DNA of 64,000 bases from Acidobacteriota bacterium (GCA_046735175.1 JBKPSP010000027.1:220-64219), one strand, 5' to 3'; positions 1-10,231 are shown, counted from the first letter of the stretch. Notes: a model not told the origin generated them from the sequence alone. Numbers and translations: made by a program.

Positions 1-1
1 C

Positions 2-2569
2 ATCCCCCTCGATAAGCTGATTTGTGCCATCGCGAGTTACGGCTATGACTGGGAACGTCATCCAAAACAGGGCCGCATGCCGGCCAAAGATATCGGCAAG
101 TCGGCCTCAGTGCAGGACGCCTGGCTCGCTGCTCGCGATTCCGATGAATACGTAGACTTCGACGGCGACAGCCTCAATCCGCATATCAGTTATCTCGACG
201 AGAAAAATCTGCAACATGACATCTGGTTTACCGACGCTGTGACCGCGCTCAATCAGATGCGGGCCGCGCGCCAACTTGGAATCCGCACCTTCGCCTTGTG
301 GCGCCTGGGATCCGAGGACCGTTCTCTCTGGAAAATTTGGGACTCTCCTACCGACAACGACGCGCCGGCGAAATTGAGCGACGTGCCGCCTGGGCAGGAC
401 GTTGACATGGAAGGTGACGGCGAGATCTTAAATCTGGAAGCGACTCCCACGAACGGCTCCCGCACCATCACTCTCGACCGCACCGGACTTATCACCGACG
501 AAGTGATGGACTCGCTACCCGAGCCCTACCGCGTCGGCCGCTACGGCGCCAGTCCGAATCAGGTCGTAATCACCTTCGATGACGGCCCCGATCCTGAATG
601 GACACCGAAAATCCTTGACATCCTGAAGAAAGAGCACGCCACAGCGACTTTCTTTCTGATAGGAAACCAAGCAGACAAGTTCGCTTCTATCACCTCCCGA
701 ATTTTCCGTGAGGGACATGAAATCGGCAATCATACATTCACCCATCCGGACATTAGTGAACTGTCTGACCGTTTTGTTCAACTTGAGCTGAATGTGACAG
801 AACGCTTGTTCGTTAGCCGGTTGGGTATGCGGACAGTGCTCTTCCGTCCGCCATATTCGCTGGATGCCGAACCGGACACCGAGGATGAGGTCCGGCCGCT
901 CGAGATGTCGGAAAGCATGGGCTACCTGACTATCGGAGACAAGATCGACCCCAATGATTGGCGCCAGACCGACGAGGCGCATCGCAGCGCCGAGCAGATC
1001 GTCCAATCAGTGCTCGACAATCTGCCTCCGTGTCCGCCAGTGAAACGCCTAACCTGCGGCAACATTATTCTTTTGCACGATGGCGGTGGCGACCGCCGCG
1101 AAACCGTGCGCGCCCTGCCTGTGATCATCCAAGGCATTCGTGCCAGGGGATTGCAGATCGCCAGCGTCGCCGATCTACTTCACAAGAACCGTGCTGACAT
1201 CATGCAGCCGATCCCCACCAGCGAACTGTGGTCCGCGTGGCTCACACTCTTGGGCTTCTGGATGTACGGTGCTGTGCAGAAGTTCATCGTTCTCGTCTTC
1301 TTTATTGGAGACGTGTTGATGACCGGGCGACTGCTTTCCATCGGCGCACTGGCGATCTACGACCGCCTCTGTTCGAAGCGGATCCCCGATGCCAAAGACT
1401 TCAGTCCCGCCGTTGCGGTGTTGATCCCCGCGTACAACGAAGAAAAAGTGATCGAGCGCACGATTCGCGCCGCGCTGCGCTCCAGCTATCACAATCTGCG
1501 CGTCATCGTGATCGACGATGGCTCCCGGGACAGGACGCTGGAAGTTGCCCGAACCTGCTTTCCGCGCGAACAAATCAATGGACGTCTGGTGGTCCTGACT
1601 AAACCAAACTCAGGCAAGGCCGACGCACTGAATTTCGGGTTGCAACATCTTCGGCCGCAGGAAGAAATCTTCGTTGGCATTGATGCCGACACGGTGATCG
1701 CTCGCGATGCGGTTGCCTTGCTGGTCCCGCACTTCTTGAATTCCAAAGTCGGCGCGGTCGCCGGCAATGCAAAGGTCGGCAATCGCGTAAACCTCTGGAC
1801 CCGGTGGCAGGCACTTGAATACATCACCAGCCAGAACTTCGAACGACGGGCGCTGAATACCGTGGGAGCTGTCAGCGTGGTACCCGGCGCAATCGGCGCA
1901 TGGCGCGTCTCGGCCGTGCATGAGGCAGCGGCATTCCACACCGATACGGTAGCCGAAGACGCAGATTTGACCATGGCCTTGCTCCGTCGTGGTTACCGAG
2001 TCGAGTATGAAGACCGCGCGCTCGCGTACACCGAAGCCCCGGTTAATGCGAATGGGCTGATGCGGCAAAGATTCCGCTGGTCATTCGGAATTTTGCAGGC
2101 GGTCTACAAGCATCGCGAGGCGTTTACCCGGAAAGGCGTGCTCGGCTGGGTCGCTATTCCAAACATTGTTGTATTCCAGATTCTGCTGCCATTGGTTTCG
2201 CCATTCATCGACATCATGTTCGTGGTCGGTTCGGGATGGTTTTTCCTGCAGAAACAGTTCCATCCGGAATCAGCATCACATTCGGATTTTCAGCGCCTGG
2301 TGATCTTTTTCCTCATGTTCCTGGTCATTGATTTCGTCACGTCGGCGATTGCCTTTGCGTTGGAACGCAGTACCCCAGATACACGAGAGGATTCTTGGCT
2401 GCTGAGCCAGGTGTGGCTGCAGCGGTTCGCGTATCGTCAACTGTTCTCATGGGTGCTGTTTAAGACAGTGAAGCGCGCAGCTGAAGGCGAGCCATTCTCC
2501 TGGGACAAACTGGAACGCACTGCCGCAGTGACCTATCAGGAAGCAGAAGATTCTGTTCACGTACATTGA
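2..2569 (+). CDS. 5'-truncated multidomain polysaccharide synthase: end of a GH18-like domain, NodB-type (CE4) deacetylase, and family-2 processive glycosyltransferase with a C-terminal TM bundle
   Basis: The frame is open from nt 2 (IPLDKLICAIASYGYDW... precedes the first Met at 77), so the gene starts outside the window. NodB motifs TFDDGP and HEIGNHTFTHP are present. GT2 motifs DDGSRD, GIDADT, EDADLT and QRFRWSFG (QxxRW) are followed by hydrophobic helices. Confidence 0.85.
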   Translation: MPLDKLICAIASYGYDWERHPKQGRMPAKDIGKSASVQDAWLAARDSDEYVDFDGDSLNPHISYLDEKNLQHDIWFTDAVTALNQMRAARQLGIRTFALWRLGSEDRSLWKIWDSPTDNDAPAKLSDVPPGQDVDMEGDGEILNLEATPTNGSRTITLDRTGLITDEVMDSLPEPYRVGRYGASPNQVVITFDDGPDPEWTPKILDILKKEHATATFFLIGNQADKFASITSRIFREGHEIGNHTFTHPDISELSDRFVQLELNVTERLFVSRLGMRTVLFRPPYSLDAEPDTEDEVRPLEMSESMGYLTIGDKIDPNDWRQTDEAHRSAEQIVQSVLDNLPPCPPVKRLTCGNIILLHDGGGDRRETVRALPVIIQGIRARGLQIASVADLLHKNRADIMQPIPTSELWSAWLTLLGFWMYGAVQKFIVLVFFIGDVLMTGRLLSIGALAIYDRLCSKRIPDAKDFSPAVAVLIPAYNEEKVIERTIRAALRSSYHNLRVIVIDDGSRDRTLEVARTCFPREQINGRLVVLTKPNSGKADALNFGLQHLRPQEEIFVGIDADTVIARDAVALLVPHFLNSKVGAVAGNAKVGNRVNLWTRWQALEYITSQNFERRALNTVGAVSVVPGAIGAWRVSAVHEAAAFHTDTVAEDADLTMALLRRGYRVEYEDRALAYTEAPVNANGLMRQRFRWSFGILQAVYKHREAFTRKGVLGWVAIPNIVVFQILLPLVSPFIDIMFVVGSGWFFLQKQFHPESASHSDFQRLVIFFLMFLVIDFVTSAIAFALERSTPDTREDSWLLSQVWLQRFAYRQLFSWVLFKTVKRAAEGEPFSWDKLERTAAVTYQEAEDSVHVH

Positions 2570-2581
2570 AGTTCCTGGCCC

Positions 2582-3931
2582 ATGCCCCGAACCGTCATCG
2601 AACCTTTTCGTATCAAGAGCGTCGAACCGATCCGTTGGACGACGCGGCAACAGCGCGAAGTCCTGCTGCGCGCTGCACACTACAACTTATTTTTGCTTCC
2701 CGCCGAAGACGTGTTGATTGACCTGCTCACGGATTCTGGCACCGGCGCCATGTCCACCCATCAATGGGCCGCAGTCATGGAAGGAGATGAAAGTTACGCC
2801 GGAAGCAAAAGCTTCGAACGTTTTCGCGCTTCCGTTCAGGACATCTTCGGCTACAAACACGTGATTCCGGCCCACCAGGGCCGCGCCGCGGAACGCATTC
2901 TCTTCGGAGTTGCCTGCAAAAAAGGCGACGTGGTCCCCAACAACACACACTTCGATACGACGCGCGCGAATGTAGAGTTCGCTGGCGCGGAAGCGCTCGA
3001 TCTCGTGATTCCCGAAGGCCGGGAGCCGGCAAATAAGCATCCGTTCAAGGGAAATATGGATGTCGTCGCCCTGCGAGAGATCATTTCGCGCGTAGGCCGG
3101 GAGCGAGTTCCGTTGGTGATGCTGACGGTCACCAACAACTCCGGCGGCGGTCAACCCGTCTCAATGGAAAACATGCACCAAGTGAGCGCTGTCTGCCGTC
3201 AGAACAAAATCCCGCTCTATTTCGACGCCTGCCGATTTGCCGAGAATAGCTACTTCATCAAGCTCCGCGAGCCCGGATATGACTCGAAGACTCCCAAACA
3301 GATTGCCCAGGAGATGTTCGGCTACGGCGACGGTTGCACCATGTCGGCAAAGAAAGATGGCATGGCCAATATCGGAGGATTTCTCTGCACCAACGACGAC
3401 CTGCTGGCGCAGCAGGAAAAGGATTTGCTCATCCTTACCGAGGGATATCCAACTTACGGCGGTCTCGCCGGCCGCGATCTCGAGGCCATTGCGGTCGGAG
3501 TACAAGAGGCCCTCGAAGAAGACTACCTGCGTTACCGCATTGCTTCGACCGCCTATCTGGGCAATCACATCTCCGAACAAGGCGTGCCCATCGTTCAACC
3601 GCCGGGCGGTCACGCTATTTATTTGGACGCGCGCGCCTTTTTGCCCCACATCCCGCAAAGCGAGTTCCCAGGCGTAGCTCTCGCAGCAGAATTGTACTTA
3701 GAAGGCGGCATTCGATCGGTCGAAATAGGAACGTTGATGTTCGGCGCATCGGCCCAGATGGATTTAGTGCGCCTGGCAATTCCGCGCCGCGTATATACCC
3801 AAAGCCACATCGATTACGTGGTCGAGGTGATTCTCGAAGTTTGGAAAGAACGCGACACAATTCGAGGACTGAACCTTTTGTATCAGGCGCCGTTCTTGCG
3901 CCACTTCACCGCCCGGCTCGAACCGATCTAG
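2582..3931 (+). CDS. Tryptophanase / tyrosine phenol-lyase family PLP-dependent beta-eliminating lyase
   Basis: 449-aa ORF. The N-terminus (EPFRIKSVEP...LLTDSGTGAMS) and the PLP-lysine motif MSAKKDGMANIGGF are typical of TnaA/TPL. TnaA and TPL cannot be told apart by eye. Confidence 0.85.
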   Translation: MPRTVIEPFRIKSVEPIRWTTRQQREVLLRAAHYNLFLLPAEDVLIDLLTDSGTGAMSTHQWAAVMEGDESYAGSKSFERFRASVQDIFGYKHVIPAHQGRAAERILFGVACKKGDVVPNNTHFDTTRANVEFAGAEALDLVIPEGREPANKHPFKGNMDVVALREIISRVGRERVPLVMLTVTNNSGGGQPVSMENMHQVSAVCRQNKIPLYFDACRFAENSYFIKLREPGYDSKTPKQIAQEMFGYGDGCTMSAKKDGMANIGGFLCTNDDLLAQQEKDLLILTEGYPTYGGLAGRDLEAIAVGVQEALEEDYLRYRIASTAYLGNHISEQGVPIVQPPGGHAIYLDARAFLPHIPQSEFPGVALAAELYLEGGIRSVEIGTLMFGASAQMDLVRLAIPRRVYTQSHIDYVVEVILEVWKERDTIRGLNLLYQAPFLRHFTARLEPI

Positions 3932-6380
3932 CTTGCGCTCCGACCGGTTCCCTTCGTGTACCTTCGTGTCCTTTGTGGTTCATTGACGAAAGCCCGATCT
4001 CCACAACGGACGCGGGCCTCATAGCGTTCCTTCCCTCACGACTGACGAGTCGCACATAAATCTTCGCCAACTCATCCACGACGTCATCCCACAGGAATTT
4101 CTCGCGTGCACGCTCTCGTGCTCGCGCCCCAAATTTTTCACGAACCTGGGCGTTGTCCAATAGATAAGTCAGCATTCTCCGCAAATCGGCAACGTCGCCG
4201 CGTTTGAAGGTGAAGCCCGTATCGGCGAGCGCTTCCAGATTTTCTGGCGTGTCGCTGGCGAGCACGCATATGCCCGCGCTCATTGCGTCCAGCAGAGCGA
4301 GAGACAGGCCCTCAAGGTCCGAAGGAAGCACAAACAGCGCGGCATTGGCCAGGATTTCATGCAGGGCATCGCCGGAAAGCCAATCCAGGAAAATGACTCG
4401 ATCACTCGCATGCGTCCGCAAGGCTGCGGAGTATTCGTCCGTATGACTGGAGCCGCCGGCGAGCACCAGTTTGTATGACGTCGCGATTTGTTCAAATGCT
4501 TCGATCAGCAGGTGGCAGTTTTTTTCGGGAGAAAATCTTCCGAGGAATAGAACGTATCCGTTGGGCGACAGGCCCAGGCGTTCAAGATGCCCAGCGCCTA
4601 CATTCTCGCGAATTTCGGTTCCGTTCCCGACCAGCAAAGTCGGTTTCGCATAGTTCGCTCGATAATAATCCTGCAGTACGCGCGAGACTACGATTGTCTG
4701 GTTCGGGAATCTGGCGGAGGTCCACTCGGCAAATCTGAGACAACGCCGTGCAACCCGCCCCCACTTCGCGCGTTGCCAGTCGAGCCCTTGAACCGTAACC
4801 ACAGTGCGTTTGCCGAACACACGTGGAAGAAAAGAAAAGATTGAAGGCCCGATGCAATGGTAATGGACAATATCGCTCCTGCTGAAACACGCATGAATAG
4901 TGGAGAAGAACGTATGCACAAGAGTTTCGAAGTGTTTGGAGCGGAGTGCGGGGATGCGCACCACGCGAACGCCTTCTGCCTGTGCGTCGGCGGGAGTGAA
5001 ATAACTTCGACAATAGGCGGTTACCTCAATTCCCATGCTCGCTAGCCGCTTGGCGGTCTCTTCATAGTAGGTTTCGATTCCGCTGTATTTTCTTCTGACT
5101 CCCCGGCCGCCGATGTACGCCACGCGAATTCGTGGCGAAGGCTGGTGTGAAGCGCATCGCGCGCGAAGGCCCTCGTAAAGGTTCTCCAGTTTCCCGAGGT
5201 GGTCTTCTTGCGAGTGCAGTTCGCGCACCAACTCACGCCCGGCCTCTCCCATCTGTTGCGACAACGCCGGATTACACTGCAACCACGCCATCGCGGCAGC
5301 AAGCCGCTCAATGTCACCCACGGGATACAGAATCCCCGTCTTGCCTTGCTCAACCAGTTCTCGCCGGGAGCCCAAATCTGAAGCAATCACTGCTCTGCAC
5401 ATTGCATAAGATTCGAGAATGCTCTTGCCCATGGTTTCGTAGGCATAGGAAGGAAAAATCGTAAATTGCGCCGAGGAGATTAACTTGTCCAGGTCATCTT
5501 TTTTAAGATGCCCGGTGAACTCCACGTTCTTCAATCCGAGCGATTGAGTACGCTTTTCCATATCCGCCCGCTGTGGCCCATCACCCGCCACGACCAACCG
5601 GAGGTCAGGCAGCAACTTCATCGCGCGGATCAGATCTGCAACTCCCTTCTCGCTCGACAATCGTCCGAAATAGAGCACCGGCGCTTGAGAACCAGGGTGC
5701 GGCGTTGCGCTCAGTGGCAAGGCTTGATGATGAGGCAGGACCTCGATTCGGGATGATTCCCAACCATTCTCGACAAACTTCTCCTTCACAAACCTGCTGG
5801 GCGCTACGATCAAGTCCACACACTTTTCGTAAGTAGCAAGCCAGCGATGAACATATGCTTCGAGTGCAAGCCCGACGGACGCCGCAGTTCCTCCCGCGTA
5901 GCAGCCTTCGCGAACAACGTTGTAGAAGCATCCTCCTTTACACCTCTCGCACGCCTTACCTGCGGAAACCATGTTGTAACTCGGGCAGAGCAGCTTGAAG
6001 TCGTTAACGTGATAAAGCACCGGCACGCCGTGGGCCTTCAGTTCCCACAAGATCGAGGGCGAAAGCTGGTGATAAATATTCCGTACATGCGCGACATCCG
6101 GGCGGAACTCTGCAATCATCTGGCGGATCTTGCGCCGTGCTTCGACCGAGTAGATGGCACGAAGTCCCAAGCGCGCTTTGCTGATTGGATTTGTTTGGCG
6201 CTTGAAGTCAACGTACGGAACAAAGTTGTGGTCGTCTTCGGTGCGAGCGCCGCGTGGATCGGCCATCGAGAACAACGCCACTTCATGGCCCCGCGCCCGC
6301 ATCAACTCCATGGTTTCGAACAGGTACGTCTCGGTCCCGCTAAACCCGAAGTTGTACTTGTTGCAGTAGAGAATCCTCAT
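3906..6380 (-). CDS. Tandem GT4-GT4 fusion glycosyltransferase (two complete family-4 modules)
   Basis: Two successive Glyco_trans_4/Glycos_transf_1 units, each with a GRxxxEKG motif (FGRLSSEKG; LGRFSPEKN) and an E-x7-E/D motif (ETMGKSILE; EGLSLALLD). The start is set at ATG 6380 (MRILYCNKY), preceded by AGGGAGA. The longest ORF starts at 6416. Confidence 0.85.
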   Translation of the reverse strand: MRILYCNKYNFGFSGTETYLFETMELMRARGHEVALFSMADPRGARTEDDHNFVPYVDFKRQTNPISKARLGLRAIYSVEARRKIRQMIAEFRPDVAHVRNIYHQLSPSILWELKAHGVPVLYHVNDFKLLCPSYNMVSAGKACERCKGGCFYNVVREGCYAGGTAASVGLALEAYVHRWLATYEKCVDLIVAPSRFVKEKFVENGWESSRIEVLPHHQALPLSATPHPGSQAPVLYFGRLSSEKGVADLIRAMKLLPDLRLVVAGDGPQRADMEKRTQSLGLKNVEFTGHLKKDDLDKLISSAQFTIFPSYAYETMGKSILESYAMCRAVIASDLGSRRELVEQGKTGILYPVGDIERLAAAMAWLQCNPALSQQMGEAGRELVRELHSQEDHLGKLENLYEGLRARCASHQPSPRIRVAYIGGRGVRRKYSGIETYYEETAKRLASMGIEVTAYCRSYFTPADAQAEGVRVVRIPALRSKHFETLVHTFFSTIHACFSRSDIVHYHCIGPSIFSFLPRVFGKRTVVTVQGLDWQRAKWGRVARRCLRFAEWTSARFPNQTIVVSRVLQDYYRANYAKPTLLVGNGTEIRENVGAGHLERLGLSPNGYVLFLGRFSPEKNCHLLIEAFEQIATSYKLVLAGGSSHTDEYSAALRTHASDRVIFLDWLSGDALHEILANAALFVLPSDLEGLSLALLDAMSAGICVLASDTPENLEALADTGFTFKRGDVADLRRMLTYLLDNAQVREKFGARARERAREKFLWDDVVDELAKIYVRLVSREGRNAMRPASVVEIGLSSMNHKGHEGTRREPVGAQARSVRAGR
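3946..3982. repeat. TGAACCACAAAGG-type intergenic repeat (reverse orientation), member of the TTAACC(R)CAGAGG family
   Basis: ggttcccttcgtgtaccttcgtgtcctttgtggttca. Its reverse complement resembles the copies at 43671-43711 and 56096-56141. It has periodic CACGAAGG/CACAAAGG units. It lies in the 3' overlap zone of two convergent genes. Confidence 0.7.
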
Positions 6381-7590
6381 TGGTCTCCCTCTGGGACGCT
6401 CTGGGCTGCGCACCATGATTCACTCGCTCAAGAAGGTCGACGGCAACTTCGACGACATTCCGGCGGCTGTCGTAACTGATTTCAATCTGGCGCCGGGCTT
6501 CCCGGCGCAAACCATGCAGGTGTTCCCCGGCCAGGCGAATCGCGGTGAGTTTTGCCAGGAAATCGTCCATAGATCCGGGCTGGTACAGAAATCCTGTCTT
6601 GCCCGAGGTAATCAATTCCGGAACACCGGTGATAGCTGGCGCGAGCACGACGCGCTCCATGGCCATTGCTTCCATCAGCGCGATCGGAACGCCTTCGCTG
6701 TGACTGGTAAGCACCACCACGTCTGCTTGCGCATACAGCTCGCGTAGCGCGACCTGATCGACCGATCCGAGCAAACAAACTTCGGGGGTGAGTTCCAATT
6801 CGCCGATCAGTTGCTGCAGTTTTTCGCGTTCGGCGCCTTCCCCGGCGATCTTGCAGACGAATGGAACGCGCGCGGTTTTGAGCGCTCGGCACGCGAGCAG
6901 CAAGAAAGCCTGATTTTTGACAGGGTGCAAGCGCCCAACATTTAGAATCGAAAAAGTTGACGTAGCCAGAGCCGCGATCGGCACCCATCGGCTCACGTCA
7001 ATTCCTAGCCGGTGTACCGCGATCTTCTTTCGGGCAAACGGATACCGATCCAGCAGGTACTTCCGGTTGTATTCAGAGATGGTGAAGCAGCAGTGGCAGT
7101 TTTGCAGTTTGCAATCGAGATAATCGGCACGCACCAGCAGGTCAGAGCCGTGCAGGGTCATGCTGAAATCGATCGCGAGCATACGCGCCGCGGTCATCGC
7201 GCACCAGGAAGCAAAAAAGCCGTGATGCACGTGGATGTGATCGATACCCTCTCGCTGCAACGTCGCTGCCAGGTAGGCGCCGAGCCAGGTGTGAACCAGC
7301 GCTCTGAGCCGGCGGTGATACGGCTCCGGCCCGCGTAACGCCCTGAGGAGCATGTCAGCGATGGCGCCGAATCGCGATACGCAAAGCCATGTCGCCCGCA
7401 AGCACGCCCGAATTCTCAGCGGAAAAACATAGATCGCACCGTGGCCGATCCGCGATCGTGGATCTCTCGGCTTTCGAAACGCGCAAGGTACAACCCGATG
7501 TCCTCGCCGCCGCAGTTCCGTGATCTCCTGTGAGACGTAGCCTTCGGATGGCTCGGGAAAGGAATTCGCGAGATAACAAATCGAGGTCAC
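6340..7590 (-). CDS. Family-4 glycosyltransferase
   Basis: 416-aa ORF with a GT4 C-terminal signature (VGRLHPVKN...SHSEGVPIALMEAMAM...GVPELI). The GTG start overlaps the upstream stop (GTGA). Confidence 0.85.
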   Translation of the reverse strand: MTSICYLANSFPEPSEGYVSQEITELRRRGHRVVPCAFRKPRDPRSRIGHGAIYVFPLRIRACLRATWLCVSRFGAIADMLLRALRGPEPYHRRLRALVHTWLGAYLAATLQREGIDHIHVHHGFFASWCAMTAARMLAIDFSMTLHGSDLLVRADYLDCKLQNCHCCFTISEYNRKYLLDRYPFARKKIAVHRLGIDVSRWVPIAALATSTFSILNVGRLHPVKNQAFLLLACRALKTARVPFVCKIAGEGAEREKLQQLIGELELTPEVCLLGSVDQVALRELYAQADVVVLTSHSEGVPIALMEAMAMERVVLAPAITGVPELITSGKTGFLYQPGSMDDFLAKLTAIRLAGEHLHGLRREARRQIEISYDSRRNVVEVAVDLLERVNHGAQPRASQRETNEDSLLQQVQLRV

Positions 7591-8897
7591 ACATCCTGCA
7601 TGATTAGAAGTTCCCTGGCGTGAGTCTTCTGCGCGGCCAGAATTCCGGCGAAGGTAAAAACAAGCCCATTTACAAATTGATAGTTCATGACCACCGCGCT
7701 CGCGTTAATCAAATACACCGCGAGGATGATCACCCACAAGCGCCGGAACTCCGCATCGGCGAACGTCTGCGTGTTTCCTCCGCGCGACAAACGAAAAAGG
7801 CACACAATCAGCCACGCATAAAGTCCGAGCCCGACAATCCCTCTCTGCACAGCCAGTTCCAGAAATGTGTTGTGGAAGACGTAGTAGTCAGGACGGAAGT
7901 CACTGACCCGACGCGCCACCTCAGCTTGTACCGTGGCCTCGTCTTGCCATCCAAGAACCGGCCGCTCCAAGAACATCTCCCATCCTGCGGCATATATTTC
8001 GCTGCGAAAATCCACGGGAGATTGGTCTCGCAGGCGTTCGGCAAATTCGCTCGAATTGAGGTTCCGTAGCCAGAAGGCAACCGGTCCAATGCAGGCGAGA
8101 ACACACATCGTTATCGCGACTCGGCGCACTTCGCGATTTCGACAGAACACCCAAATGGCCGCGATCGAAAAAGCTGCTGAGATCCAAACCGCTCTGGTTT
8201 TCGTTGCCAGAAGTGCAACCGGCATCGCGGCGAACAGCAGCATGGCAACTGGCGCTGACAGTCTGCCTCGCCGATAGGAGTTCAACGCGACCAGCCCCAG
8301 AATGTTGAGTGAAACTCCATTCGCAACGGCTTGCAGGAACGGCCCACGCGCGCGGTCTACATGAATTCCGACGCTGGGGTCCAGAATGAATCGGGGGAAG
8401 ATCAAGGATTTGATGCCAAATAGAAAGAAGATTGAAACGACACTGAGGTATACAAGAACAGCAATGCAGAACACCTCGAGGTAGCGCAGTTGGTGCGGAG
8501 CTGTGAATGCAGCACCAGCTAAATGAAAGAGCACCAAAGGCACGATCCACTTGGCAGCGAGCAAACTCCACGATTGCGCCTGAAAGGGAGAACCCCATAG
8601 GCCAGCGGCCGCGAGCAGCGTAAGCGCCAGGAGCGGCCAGGTGATCGGATGAGTTCGTGTCTCTTCAGCCCGCGCACACACGCGCAAGGCAACACAGCCC
8701 ATGAGCAACCCCAGTGCGATCCGGTCCACGGGAAAAGCCTTGAGGTCCGGTGGACGAAACAGCATTGCTGTCAATGTCAGCAGGAAGAAGAGGGCTGGGG
8801 CGCTTGCCCATGCGTGCAATAGCCGGAACGGCAGGTGCAGCATCGTGGGTTTCCATGCGTTCTCGACAGACGGTGCTACAACATTGGCAGCACTCAT
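7587..8897 (-). CDS. O-antigen ligase / Wzy-like polytopic membrane protein
   Basis: Multi-TM ORF (about 10 hydrophobic segments) with a central periplasmic loop. Its position between the sugar transferase and the GTs fits a polymerase/ligase. ATG 8897 overlaps the upstream stop as ATGA. The longest ORF starts at 8936. Confidence 0.65.
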   Translation of the reverse strand: MSAANVVAPSVENAWKPTMLHLPFRLLHAWASAPALFFLLTLTAMLFRPPDLKAFPVDRIALGLLMGCVALRVCARAEETRTHPITWPLLALTLLAAAGLWGSPFQAQSWSLLAAKWIVPLVLFHLAGAAFTAPHQLRYLEVFCIAVLVYLSVVSIFFLFGIKSLIFPRFILDPSVGIHVDRARGPFLQAVANGVSLNILGLVALNSYRRGRLSAPVAMLLFAAMPVALLATKTRAVWISAAFSIAAIWVFCRNREVRRVAITMCVLACIGPVAFWLRNLNSSEFAERLRDQSPVDFRSEIYAAGWEMFLERPVLGWQDEATVQAEVARRVSDFRPDYYVFHNTFLELAVQRGIVGLGLYAWLIVCLFRLSRGGNTQTFADAEFRRLWVIILAVYLINASAVVMNYQFVNGLVFTFAGILAAQKTHARELLIMQDV

Positions 8898-10201
8898 GCG
8901 CCACTTCCGCGCGCAACAGCGCCGATCGTCCGCCACAGAATCCGGAGATCAAGCCAAAGGCTCCAGTTGCGGATGTATTCCACATCCAGGGCAACGCTCT
9001 TCTCGAAGGAAGGGTCCTGTCGGGCAGTGACTTGCCACAATCCAGTAATCCCGGGCACGAAATCCAATCTGCGCAGATGGTGAGTGCCATAGCGCTTGAA
9101 ATCATCCGGCGGATGCGGCCTCGGTCCCACCAAACTCATTTCGCCGCGAAGCACGTTCCAGAGCTGTGGAAGTTCGTCGAGGCTGTAGCGGCGGAGAAGT
9201 TTGCCAACGCGGGTGACCCGCGGGTCATCGGTGATCTTGAAAAACGCGCCTGTTCGTTGATTGCGCTTCCGAAGTTGCTCTTTACCAGCTTCTGCATCCG
9301 CCGCCATGGTCCGAAACTTGTAGCAGCGGAACCTTCGCCCTTTAGTCCCCACTCGCTGACTTCGGTAGAGAACCGGCCCTTCGGAATCGATAGCGATCAA
9401 GGCTGCGATGACCAACATCAGCGGGAGAAGTGCTATGAGCGCAAGGGCTGACAACGCCACATCGGCGGCACGTTTTGCAAATAGTTGAATCGCCGGCCTC
9501 TGTTCGCGGCGGACACCTATCACGCGCGCGCGCCCGATGCGTTCAACGGTTATTTCTCCCGACTCTTGTTCGTCCAACTCAGGAATCGCGAAACTTACAT
9601 CAAGTCGCTGCCGTCGGGCTTCACGCATAACGGACAATAAGTCGACATCTTGCGAAACCACCAGGATTTCATCTGCAAACTGCTCGCGGGCAAGGGCTGC
9701 GAATTCTGCGCGCGCGCAGAGTTGCCGAAACTCGGAGGCTGAGATCACTCCGGTCACGCATCGATTCGAATTCCTAATCTCGGCAAGCGTGTTCATCGCC
9801 AGAGCGCCACTTCCAACTGCGAGTACGTTGCGGCGACTACATCTTTCCACCGATAGCGCCCGAACGGTCTTGCGCCCGAGGATTGCGAGAACGCAACTAA
9901 GTGGCACAGCGAGGAGCACAGACCATTGAGAAACGTGCGCTCGGAGGCCATACAGAACTGCAGCGAACAGTAACGAAGTGAACAGGCTTGTACCGAATAG
10001 GGCGAAATCATCCTGATCGAGCCACGTTCGGCGTTGCCGAACCAATCTGCGATAAACGTCGTTCTCAGCGCCAGGGATCAGGCGGGCGAGATCGGACGCT
10101 TGCGGTAAGCGTGGCACCGGCCGCGCGGCAATCGACGCAGGCGCAATCCGGCCATCAAGAATGTTGGTAAGTTGCCCCATTTCGAGTCTTCCGTTGTGCA
10201 C
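8894..10201 (-). CDS. Polyprenyl-phosphate glycosylphosphotransferase (WbaP/EpsB-type bacterial sugar transferase)
   Basis: 435 aa. N-terminal TM helices plus a CoA-binding-like region. The C-terminal bacterial sugar-transferase core is recognisable (FRCYKFRTM...DELPQLWNVLRGEMSLVGPRP). Confidence 0.9.
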   Translation of the reverse strand: MHNGRLEMGQLTNILDGRIAPASIAARPVPRLPQASDLARLIPGAENDVYRRLVRQRRTWLDQDDFALFGTSLFTSLLFAAVLYGLRAHVSQWSVLLAVPLSCVLAILGRKTVRALSVERCSRRNVLAVGSGALAMNTLAEIRNSNRCVTGVISASEFRQLCARAEFAALAREQFADEILVVSQDVDLLSVMREARRQRLDVSFAIPELDEQESGEITVERIGRARVIGVRREQRPAIQLFAKRAADVALSALALIALLPLMLVIAALIAIDSEGPVLYRSQRVGTKGRRFRCYKFRTMAADAEAGKEQLRKRNQRTGAFFKITDDPRVTRVGKLLRRYSLDELPQLWNVLRGEMSLVGPRPHPPDDFKRYGTHHLRRLDFVPGITGLWQVTARQDPSFEKSVALDVEYIRNWSLWLDLRILWRTIGAVARGSGA

Positions 10202-10231
10202 GGCGCTCCTCCCCAGAAGCGCCAGTGCACG

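Noticed and set aside
6381-6416. Longer starts for the GT4-GT4 gene (6416) and the Wzy-like gene (8936)
   Set aside because: The internal ATGs at 6380 (with an AGGGAGA SD) and 8897 (ATGA coupling) give N-termini typical of the families and remove long overlaps. The longer starts cannot be formally excluded.
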